Assembly (NCBI RefSeq): GCF_000007185.1
Contig: NC_003551.1
Span: 450,001 to 482,000, forward strand
Origin: Methanopyrus kandleri AV19
Lineage (GTDB): Archaea > JAADCQ01 > Methanopyri > Methanopyrales > Methanopyraceae
Length of the DNA: 32,000 nucleotides
Direction of reading: 5' to 3'
The translations under genes were made by a program, and so were the position numbers. Below the pieces are notes generated by a model. The model worked only from the letters and a program-made list of their open reading frames with translations. It did no database searches and was not told where the DNA came from. Shown in pieces: positions 19,723-27,451 of this stretch (the stretch's first letter is position 1; each line of letters begins with the position of its first letter).

Positions 19723-22700
19723 TCGGGACACTGGCGCGTCTCATCCACACGAGCCAGCATACCAGCGTTCCTACCACGGCGGCCATAACCAGGTACCTGA
19801 GAATCGGTGGCACGGGTGAACCCGCGGAACCACCCTGTCGTTTCAACACCTTGGCCGATACCGCGGACCCGGTACTACCGACGGACACGCTGCGTGCGGG
19901 TGAGCCACCACTTAGAGATATCCCGGGGACGGGTTCCACTCGCCTCGGACGGTTAGAAGGGGAACCCCTGACACCCGTCGTGGTCGCCGTGGTACCCGCC
20001 GCCGAAGATGTGAACTTCGGCGTGGAGCCACGAGCTCGGGCCGCGGAGACCGCCGGGCTCCGTCCCACGCTGGAGTTTGAGACGGTGGAGATTACCGGGG
20101 ACACTCCTGCGGAGAACGGGTTAGGTACGAGGAGCTCCGCTGCGGGGGCCAACTCCTCCACGATCCCGCGGAGCACCGGGTTAAGGACTATGGCCAGACA
20201 ACCGCACGGGCCGTACTTGCTCACGATCCGCCGGAAGGTCTCCAGCGAGGCCCGCCGGGCCGTCTCCCGAAACCTTCGCGCCCACTTCTCGGCTTCCTCG
20301 AGCTTTCCGAGCTGGCATAGCACCTGGTAATGGTACGACCGCCTCAATAGCTGGAGACCGAAATCCGAGTCCAGGAGCACGAACACCCGGCCCGCTATCG
20401 ACTCGACCACGTAGGGATTCAGCTTCTCCAAGTGCTCCACGACCTCTCGGTCGAAAACAAGCCGCTGAACGAGCTCGAAGAACAGCTGTCCCAGTACCCC
20501 GGCGATGGCCCTCTCGGCCATGGTCGTCGGCTTCACTATCGTGGGGCCCAGTAGTATCATCCACGCCATCAGCCGTGAAACCCGCTCCAGGAAGTCGTTA
20601 GCCTCTCCCGGGGTACGGAGCGACAGTAACCAGTCCTTGTTCATCCACAGTGAGTGCCACTCTCGGGAGAGCTCCCCGGCCAGCTGACGGATGCACAGCG
20701 AGGACACCTCGTCGAGCACTAACGGGTCGGGTAAGCCTGCCCTGATCAGCCTCGCGACGGCTAGGAGTCCACCGTAGAACTCGATCGCATCCTCGGCCAG
20801 AACACCCCAAAGTCTGTCGGTTACGGGCTTCAGGACGGCGTCGACGATGAGGAGGTCTATGCGGAGAAGTCCGGGAGCGGATTCCGAACCTTCCGGGGTC
20901 AGGACGTTCTCGAGCTTAGCCGAGAGGGAACGGGCCAAGATCTCCCATTCCTCGGGTTTCAGGCGCTCCGTGGCGGCCTTGACGCCCAGCGTGTAGTCCG
21001 CAGGACAGTAGACGCCGAGCGCCGCCCTGATCGCGGCCTTCTCGATCGGTGTTCCGTTCACTTGGACATCGTAGAGGAACTTCACCGCCCATGCGGCGTA
21101 CCAGATAGAGTCGGGTCGGAACGTCGGGCGCACGTCGACGTCACCTAGAGAAGCCGAGAACTTCCGAAGCACCACGAGGCCCTTCTCCAAGAGTCCTGGA
21201 TCCAACCGTATTGACGCAAGCGATTCACGGAGCTCCGGATCCTCGCACTCATCGGAGAGAGTCTTCAGCAGGTTGGCGACGGCGAAGAGGTCCTTCGGGG
21301 CCCTGAGGACCGCCTCGACGTGTGCCTTGAGGAGCGCCCGTCCAGCCGGCGTTTGGGCGAATATCGCCTCGAGTCCCTGGCACACCAAGACGGGAGAGTA
21401 GACAGGGGATCCAGATAGCACGTAGCGCTCACCAACGCGGTCGACGCCGGACGACCTGAGCAGGACCGCGAGGGACAGTCCGCGATCGTTGAGGACGTCA
21501 GCAGCGGATAGGACGAAGAGAGTGCGCTGCTTCAAGGTGATCCCGTCGGAGAGCATCCACGCCGTCTCCGACGGTATCAGCTCGGGGTTCAGCAGGCAGA
21601 GCATCCTACCCGTAGGCAGCACGGAAGTATCCACGGTCGGATCGCCCGGCGGACCCACGGGCACCGACTGCCCGTCCAGGACGCGCAAGAGGTTCTCGAT
21701 TTCGAGCTTGGCGGAGGTGACGACGAGGTCCCTGATACGTTCCATCTCGCGGTACAGTTCCGGATAGCGGAAACGGAGCTCTGAAGGGTGGTCGATCAGC
21801 GACTGCCACTCCTTCCATACCAGATCGAAGAGCTCCAGCGCCTTATCCCCGTACTTCTCGATGTTCTCGGGCGAGAGTATCGACTCGAGGTCCCCACCAT
21901 AGGTTTTGGACACGAGCTCTAGGTACTTGCGGAACAGCAGCGCGGAAACGTACTCTCGGATTTCCTCCGAGGTCACCAGGCCGTAGACGTGCAGGTGGCG
22001 GGTAAGCTGGACCGGCGTCGGCGATTCACCGTGGGCCTGCATCATATGCAAGTACGAGTGGAGCTCGGAAACGAGACGGTTGAAGTCCGTCCGAGCCATC
22101 CGTTCCACGTCCTCCCACGTGAGGCCCATCCACTCGTAAACCCGGGTGCGCTTGAGGAGCTCCATAATTACGGGTTTCAGCTTCTCCTCTACCTCGGGAT
22201 TGCCCTCGAAGACGTGGAAGCACGAGTGCAGCAGTTTCACGAGCGTGTTAAGGTAGAAGTCGTAGGCCGTGGAGGGCGCGGATGGGAGATAGCTCAGGAC
22301 CACGGCGGACGTCCTCCACTTAACGTTGTAAAGCTCGCCGCTCGTCGGGCACCATAGGTACACGTGGGGAACGTCACCTAGGAGCACCGTCGGGAAATCG
22401 AGGTGAGACAAGAACGTGCGGCGCAACGGCAGCCACTCCAGCGTGCCGTGAGCCCCCACGTGTACGATGACGTCCACGTGATGCTTCAGCCAGAGGTAGA
22501 CGGCGAGGTAGTAATGGGGCGGCGGTAGAAGCAATGAGTGGTAAGCGGCCATTCCCCAGAGCAGACCACGTGGAGGTTGCGGTAAGAGTACGATGTTTCC
22601 GAACTTCAGTCCCGGCACGACGAACTTGTTATCGACCACCATTACGTCGCCCGGTGGGGGACCCCATCCGAAGATACCGGTGTGGTACCGCTGTTCGAGC

Positions 22701-23638
22701 TTGCGACCCAAATCGACGGCGCGTCGGAACGCGCGCTCCAGCTCGTCGTGTCCCGCCTTTCCGGCGGCATAACGGAGTAGTGCGTCGGCGAGTTCCCTCA
22801 GGGCCTTCATGGCGTCGGTTGTGTCGGGCACTCCGAGGTTGCTCAGGAGCGTTTCAATGTCGCGTAACATGGCGCTCAGGTTGCGGGACAACGTTTCGAG
22901 TGCCTCGCCTTCTAAGGGTCGGTGCAGGGGCTCGGCGTACCCGTACAGGAGACCCGGAATGCCGTACTCCACGTAGAGACGAACTGGCTCGGGTAGCTGG
23001 TCGTACCACTTCAGGTATTCCGAGACGGGGATGGTCGCGAGATACGCGTGACGATCGTACATGGCGCGGAGATAGTCGCCGTGCCACCAACCCACGTTCA
23101 CACCGTACAGTTCGATCATCCGAGCCAGCTCCTGGGAAAGATTTCGTACTAGCGCGGCGGCCTCGTCCCAACGCCTTTCCCGCTCGAGTTGGACTATCTT
23201 CAGGAGCTGATCGTCCCAAGGCGTGCTCACGTTGTAACCGGCGGCCTTCAGGTTCGCCAGGATGTTGACGAGGGACCCGAAGACGTCCAATCCCGAGGCC
23301 CGGATCGATTCCCTACCCGGGGGCCAGTCGTAGTACACTAGCGCGATCACCTTCCTATCGTTCGGTTTCTCGGACAGTTCTTCCCATCGCTCGACTAGTT
23401 TCTGCACGATCTCGGAGTTCTGTCGGTACGGTTCCCCGCCCAAGTGGGTGGGTGGCGTCACTATCTCGCCGCGGGAGTCCGGCATGATCACCTCGCGGAA
23501 CAGCGCTCCGGTCGGATACCCCAAGAAGTCGGCCCAATAGACATCAGGCTTGACACCCGCATCGGGTGTGTGGAACTGGAGCTGCGACGATGCCGTTACC
23601 GGCATCGAGAGTGATAGGATTAGGAGTACCGTCGCCAC
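19706..23638 (-). CDS. CobN/Mg-chelatase-H-family protein with an N-terminal signal peptide, a Ser/Thr/Gly/Pro/Arg-rich stalk and a C-terminal membrane anchor
   Basis: KVIALVYYDWPPGRE...LKAAGYNV, GWGPPPGDVMVV...FGNIVLLPQPPRG and PPPHYYLAVYLWLKHHVDVIVHVGAHGTLEWLP (about 22420-22480) are CobN-family hallmarks. N-terminus MATVLLILSLSMPVTASS. The low-complexity stalk is encoded at about 19800-20160, followed by ILRYLVMAAVVGTLVCWLVWMRR. Confidence 0.8.
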   Translation of the reverse strand: MATVLLILSLSMPVTASSQLQFHTPDAGVKPDVYWADFLGYPTGALFREVIMPDSRGEIVTPPTHLGGEPYRQNSEIVQKLVERWEELSEKPNDRKVIALVYYDWPPGRESIRASGLDVFGSLVNILANLKAAGYNVSTPWDDQLLKIVQLERERRWDEAAALVRNLSQELARMIELYGVNVGWWHGDYLRAMYDRHAYLATIPVSEYLKWYDQLPEPVRLYVEYGIPGLLYGYAEPLHRPLEGEALETLSRNLSAMLRDIETLLSNLGVPDTTDAMKALRELADALLRYAAGKAGHDELERAFRRAVDLGRKLEQRYHTGIFGWGPPPGDVMVVDNKFVVPGLKFGNIVLLPQPPRGLLWGMAAYHSLLLPPPHYYLAVYLWLKHHVDVIVHVGAHGTLEWLPLRRTFLSHLDFPTVLLGDVPHVYLWCPTSGELYNVKWRTSAVVLSYLPSAPSTAYDFYLNTLVKLLHSCFHVFEGNPEVEEKLKPVIMELLKRTRVYEWMGLTWEDVERMARTDFNRLVSELHSYLHMMQAHGESPTPVQLTRHLHVYGLVTSEEIREYVSALLFRKYLELVSKTYGGDLESILSPENIEKYGDKALELFDLVWKEWQSLIDHPSELRFRYPELYREMERIRDLVVTSAKLEIENLLRVLDGQSVPVGPPGDPTVDTSVLPTGRMLCLLNPELIPSETAWMLSDGITLKQRTLFVLSAADVLNDRGLSLAVLLRSSGVDRVGERYVLSGSPVYSPVLVCQGLEAIFAQTPAGRALLKAHVEAVLRAPKDLFAVANLLKTLSDECEDPELRESLASIRLDPGLLEKGLVVLRKFSASLGDVDVRPTFRPDSIWYAAWAVKFLYDVQVNGTPIEKAAIRAALGVYCPADYTLGVKAATERLKPEEWEILARSLSAKLENVLTPEGSESAPGLLRIDLLIVDAVLKPVTDRLWGVLAEDAIEFYGGLLAVARLIRAGLPDPLVLDEVSSLCIRQLAGELSREWHSLWMNKDWLLSLRTPGEANDFLERVSRLMAWMILLGPTIVKPTTMAERAIAGVLGQLFFELVQRLVFDREVVEHLEKLNPYVVESIAGRVFVLLDSDFGLQLLRRSYHYQVLCQLGKLEEAEKWARRFRETARRASLETFRRIVSKYGPCGCLAIVLNPVLRGIVEELAPAAELLVPNPFSAGVSPVISTVSNSSVGRSPAVSAARARGSTPKFTSSAAGTTATTTGVRGSPSNRPRRVEPVPGISLSGGSPARSVSVGSTGSAVSAKVLKRQGGSAGSPVPPILRYLVMAAVVGTLVCWLVWMRRASVPIKPTW

Positions 23639-23800
23639 CGTGATGCGGGGCGAGGTTCTCGAGCCCCCACTACCGCACTCACGTTCCGCGGTTGAGAACC
23701 CGACTTTAAGACTCTAGCGTGGTGTGCTCCGCCACGTCTGCCCATCTAGCCGAATTCTGTAAGAGTTTCGGGAAGGATTCCGGCAGTTTTAAGGAGAAAA

Positions 23801-23815
23801 GGTAATAATATTACC
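23801..23815. promoter_or_regulatory. AT-rich inverted repeat GGTAAT-AAT-ATTACC; candidate TATA box/operator for the 23846 gene
   Basis: Perfect 6-bp arms with a 3-nt spacer, embedded in TTTTAAGGAGAAAAGGTAATAATATTACC, the only AT-rich patch of the 207-bp divergent spacer. It lies 31-45 nt upstream of the GTG start, which is preceded by GGGGGGTGA. Confidence 0.45.
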
Positions 23816-23845
23816 GCCTTAGGTAGCACGGGGGGTGACACTGTA

Positions 23846-25135
23846 GTGTCTAGGTTGTACTCTATAGTCGCCGTCGCCACAATGGTGTTGCTAACTGGCG
23901 CTGCTGCGGACCTTCAGGAGTACAAGGAGGCGTATTCCGCCGCCGCTAAGATAGAGGAATATGGGGAGAAGGTCAAGGAGTCCCTGAACATCATCGGCGG
24001 CTTCCAGCCACCGTGCGGTCTCAAGGTGATACCTACGGCATACCCGTACATGGCGTTCAAGGACGATAAGGACGCCATCAGTAAGGTGTTCCAGGGCACA
24101 GACGTAGCCGAATCCGGGTCGTGGACCGAGGTCGGCCCGGGAGACTTCAGGGCGCTGATCTACGGCATCCACGAGCTGGGTGAGAACTGGTTCGAGCGTG
24201 TGAAGGTAGTCGCCGATCTGGCGCAGAAGCCGGCGGATTACGCGCTGAAGGTTCACGAGGAAACCCATGCCTGGGAGGGAGCGGTCGAGAAAGTCGGAGA
24301 GACTTGGGAAGACTGGGAGAACCACAAGGGTGACGAGAACCTGAAGACAGCAATTGCGTCGCGCGTGCTGGCGGTCCTAGGTCTGGTCGTGTCGGAGAAC
24401 TGGCGAGCCATCTTCAACGAGGTGAACAAGGCGGCTCAGATCGCCGAAAACGTGGGTAGGGTGACGATACCGGCGGGCGTCTACGGTAACGACAGTCCGA
24501 TCGAGCTGGACTTCAGCAAGTGTGAGAGTCCGGAGGACGTGGTTAACGTGATCAAGGCGGCGTTCGGTGACCTGACGCCGGATCGCGTGATCGAGCTGAT
24601 CGACTCGGAGGCTAAGTACTTCGGGCTCGGTGACAAGTTCGTGGAGAACTACATGGAAGGAGGCCAGTACCAGCCGCACGAAGGCGGCTTCACGGTGGAC
24701 GAGATGAAGGACGTGATTGAGAAGTTCAAGAGCGGCAAGGACATATACGGACAGGAGCTGTCCGAGGAGGCCCTGGCGTTCGCGATCCTGTTCAACATCG
24801 AGGACGTCTGGGCGACCTACGAGGAGTACGTGCACCAGTACGGACACTTCTTCCCACCGGCCGAGAGCGACCTCAAGCTAGCGTGCGACAAGATCGAGGA
24901 GAACGCGAAGATCGTCGAGGACGTACTGAACAAGCTTAACGCGTGGGCGGACGTGGGGATTACTAAGGCAGAGTTCGAATCGAACCCGCTGGAGTGTGCA
25001 CCGGCGGTCAAGGACTGGGCCGTGGGCGAGCTGTTCGGCGTCGTGGAGAAGCTTGAAAAGAGGAAGATCCCGCTGAGCCCGGTGGTTGTATTGGCCGGGC
25101 TGCTGGCGGCGCTGGCGGTCCTCCGGCGCCGTTAA
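23846..25135 (+). CDS. Exported, C-terminally anchored acidic orphan protein
   Basis: Signal-like SRLYSIVAVATMVLLTGAAADL. Mature part is Glu/Trp/Lys-rich and looks helical, with 4 Cys. C-terminus KIPLSPVVVLAGLLAALAVLRRR. No family motif recognised. Confidence 0.65.
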   Translation: MSRLYSIVAVATMVLLTGAAADLQEYKEAYSAAAKIEEYGEKVKESLNIIGGFQPPCGLKVIPTAYPYMAFKDDKDAISKVFQGTDVAESGSWTEVGPGDFRALIYGIHELGENWFERVKVVADLAQKPADYALKVHEETHAWEGAVEKVGETWEDWENHKGDENLKTAIASRVLAVLGLVVSENWRAIFNEVNKAAQIAENVGRVTIPAGVYGNDSPIELDFSKCESPEDVVNVIKAAFGDLTPDRVIELIDSEAKYFGLGDKFVENYMEGGQYQPHEGGFTVDEMKDVIEKFKSGKDIYGQELSEEALAFAILFNIEDVWATYEEYVHQYGHFFPPAESDLKLACDKIEENAKIVEDVLNKLNAWADVGITKAEFESNPLECAPAVKDWAVGELFGVVEKLEKRKIPLSPVVVLAGLLAALAVLRRR

Positions 25136-25149
25136 CCCCGATGGTCTCT

Positions 25150-25158
25150 CCTTTTTCT
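25150..25158 (+). terminator. Oligo-T tract (CCTTTTTCT), candidate archaeal terminator or attenuation site after the 23846 gene
   Basis: A T5 run at 25152-25156 lies 17 nt past the stop codon. Such runs are rare in this GC-rich window. It also argues against the track start at 25141 for the next gene. Confidence 0.3.
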
Positions 25159-25185
25159 ATTCAGCCACGTCCTCCTACACCTATC

Positions 25186-26415
25186 ATGCTCATCAGGGGG
25201 TGTGGTAATACGAGCTTAACTCATGACAAAGTACTGACGTTCGTCGTCGCCACCCTTTGCTTGTTGGGCGCCGCTAAGGCGGACCTCGTGAGCGACGTCC
25301 AACAGCGTTGCGAGCAGGCCGTGGATTGGCTTCTAACCAACCAACAACCGGACGGCGGCTGGTTGTACGAAGGTTACGGTGACAAGTCCTCCGCCATGGA
25401 CACCGGAGTAGTCCTACTCGGGCTGTGCGAGGCGTACGATAGACTCCCCCAGGATCAGCAGTGTAAGGTGCGCGAAGCCGTGGATCGCGGTGTCGAGTAC
25501 ATCCTGAAGTGCTGGGACGGTGACAGGAAGATGTTCTGGGATTACCCGGACGGAGGAGGAAAAGAGGAGTACATGCCGATGTACACCGTTCACGCGCTGA
25601 TGGGTCTCATCGCCGTCGAGAAGAAGTTCCCTGACATCGCCGAGAAGCACGGTGTAAGTAAGTACATCGATGAAGCCCTGGAGAAACTTCTGAGTATGCA
25701 AAACGATGACGGATCGTGGAGCAACTTCGGTCCGGGTTCGTGGTCGAGCCCGGGACGGTGTACTGGACTCGTCGTATGGCTGGCGGAGTGGTCCGGTAGG
25801 TACGGACCCAGTGACGAGCGCATCGCGAAGGGTCTGAAGTACATCGAAAACCACTTGGAGAAGTCGCCGCTGGGCGGGCTGATCTCCAGTAACGGACCGA
25901 AAATAGACTTCACGGTCTGGGATATGCTGGCGTTCTACTTCTCTGGTGACGAGTATTACCGGAGTTTCGTACCGAAGCTGCAGGAGGGAGTGCTAGGGTT
26001 CCAGCATAAGGACGATGAGTTCGCGGGCGCGTTCGCAGCTCACACGTCGGTGTACGACAGTGAATACGGTCCGGAAGGAACCGCAGCTCCGTGTCCACAC
26101 AAGACGGCGCGAGTGTTGTTCGCGTTGATGCTGACGGGAGCCGACCCGAACGACGACCGAGTGAAGAAGGCCGTGGAGTTCCTGCTGAACACGAAGAGCC
26201 AGTCGGAAGGCGCGTGGTTCTGGCCGACGATGAACGACCCATCGAAACCAGACAATAATCCGATGAAGGCGTACTGTACGGGCTGGTGCCTAGCCGCACT
26301 GGGTGCGTGGCTGCAGAAGGTGCCTGCCAAGAAGCACGGGATACCAGTATCGCCGCTGATGGTAGCGCTGGCGTTCATTCCAGCTCGTCGAGCTTGGCAG
26401 GCAGGTACTCCTTGA
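25186..26415 (+). CDS. Exported prenyltransferase/squalene-cyclase-repeat (alpha/alpha-toroid) protein with a C-terminal anchor
   Basis: Repeats LLTNQQPDGGWLYEG, LLSMQNDDGSWSNFG and LLNTKSQSEGAWFWP match the QxxDGGW-type repeat of terpenoid-cyclase/prenyltransferase toroids. Signal-like VLTFVVATLCLLGAAKADL. C-terminus GIPVSPLMVALAFIPARRA. The start is uncertain: ATG 25186 is preferred over the track start at 25141. Confidence 0.7.
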   Translation: MLIRGCGNTSLTHDKVLTFVVATLCLLGAAKADLVSDVQQRCEQAVDWLLTNQQPDGGWLYEGYGDKSSAMDTGVVLLGLCEAYDRLPQDQQCKVREAVDRGVEYILKCWDGDRKMFWDYPDGGGKEEYMPMYTVHALMGLIAVEKKFPDIAEKHGVSKYIDEALEKLLSMQNDDGSWSNFGPGSWSSPGRCTGLVVWLAEWSGRYGPSDERIAKGLKYIENHLEKSPLGGLISSNGPKIDFTVWDMLAFYFSGDEYYRSFVPKLQEGVLGFQHKDDEFAGAFAAHTSVYDSEYGPEGTAAPCPHKTARVLFALMLTGADPNDDRVKKAVEFLLNTKSQSEGAWFWPTMNDPSKPDNNPMKAYCTGWCLAALGAWLQKVPAKKHGIPVSPLMVALAFIPARRAWQAGTP

Positions 26416-27415
26416 CGACGTAGTCCAGGGAATACTTCGCGAACGCCTGCTGCTCTGCCTTCTTCCCGAGTTTTTCCAATAAATCCAGTTCTTTCTTCCA
26501 GAACGGGTCGTAGTACCGCGGATCTCGGCGCAGCTCCTCTATTCTCTTGTAATCGGTCTTCTTCAGGGGTTCCGTGGGAAGGTCGTACTCGACGATATCG
26601 GTGGCCGTGACGCCGATGAATTTAGCGTCAGGACACGCGAGCTCCTCGTTGAGATGAGCGGCTTTGGCACTTCCACTCCTTATCACCATGTAAATGTGCC
26701 AGCCGTAGGGATCGCCGTCCGTGAACACGTACACGGGCAATCCCAGCTCCTCGTTCAGACGTCGGAGCAGTCGTCTGGTCGCCCGAGCGGCTTGACCCTT
26801 CAGTCCCACGATCAGCGCGTTCAGCTTCTCGTGGGCGCGCTCCTGAACGAGCCTACGGTACATACCCATAGTCTCAACGGCGATCACGCGTTCGGCGCCA
26901 CAATCCAGTATCTCAACGGCATCGACGTTGGGCGGGATGTTGTAGCCGCTGATCCCGGCTCGCTCGGCGTGGATCTCGACGCCGTCTTCCCGGACTAGCA
27001 GGTCGCCGTACACGGCGGCGCCGTCCTCTTCGGGCCATACACCGAACTCCTCACGCTTGAGACCTAGCGTCGCTTCCAAGTCCTCCACGATCGCGTCGCT
27101 CTCGCGCTGATCCTTGAAGTCGACTTCCCAACCTTCGCTGGTGTAGTAAATCTCCCTGAGGGTGGCGGAGCGGCCCTTCTCCACGAGCTCCTTGGCGAAG
27201 GCGGCGACACTTAGCATCTGAGCCAACTTCTTGGAGCCTTTCAGGGTGCGTGGACGGCGCTCGAGCTTATCGGGACCGAGCGTGAATATCTCACGCTCGG
27301 GGTCGTAACGGATGTTGGACGTCGTACGTTTCGGTATCCGGACTGGTTCGTCCTTCTCCACGCACTTCAGGACCTGTTTCGCGAACTCACGTAGGCGTTG
27401 TAGGGCTTCGGACAT
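26375..27415 (-). CDS. top6A: DNA topoisomerase VI subunit A (Spo11 family)
   Basis: ATLREIYYT (catalytic Tyr region), VIAVETMGMYRRL, LIVGLKGQAARATRRLL and YVFTDGDPYGWHIY (Toprim DxD). 346 aa. Confidence 0.92.
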   Translation of the reverse strand: MSEALQRLREFAKQVLKCVEKDEPVRIPKRTTSNIRYDPEREIFTLGPDKLERRPRTLKGSKKLAQMLSVAAFAKELVEKGRSATLREIYYTSEGWEVDFKDQRESDAIVEDLEATLGLKREEFGVWPEEDGAAVYGDLLVREDGVEIHAERAGISGYNIPPNVDAVEILDCGAERVIAVETMGMYRRLVQERAHEKLNALIVGLKGQAARATRRLLRRLNEELGLPVYVFTDGDPYGWHIYMVIRSGSAKAAHLNEELACPDAKFIGVTATDIVEYDLPTEPLKKTDYKRIEELRRDPRYYDPFWKKELDLLEKLGKKAEQQAFAKYSLDYVVKEYLPAKLDELE

Positions 27416-27451
27416 CCTGTAGTTCCCTCGGGTGCTCTGAGAGGCGAGGTG

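Noticed and set aside
22534-23268. 244-aa Arg-rich ORF on the plus strand, plus other long antisense ORFs (e.g. 643..1137, 2159..2812, 3933..4556, 12314..12901, 13980..14564, 17478..17936, 24377..24847, 27449..28138)
   Set aside because: All lie opposite genes with strong family signatures and have Arg/Ser/Pro/Gly-dominated or otherwise unnatural composition. They fit the pattern of shadow ORFs in GC-rich DNA. I found no independent start context or motif.
23639-23700. Possible C/D-box sRNA (GTGATGC near 23640) in the large intergenic spacer, and ATGATGG at 29451
   Set aside because: The box C match is imperfect. No CTGA box D or C'/D' pair lies at the required 50-70 nt spacing, and there is no terminal stem. 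The second site is inside the tyrS/Pcc1-like coding overlap.
25141-25185. Track start ATG 25141 for the toroid-repeat protein (MVSPFSIQPRPPTPI...)
   Set aside because: This Pro-rich extension begins 6 nt after the previous stop and spans a T5 terminator-like tract. The signal peptide homologous to the neighbouring gene begins well downstream, so ATG 25186 is preferred. The start remains uncertain.
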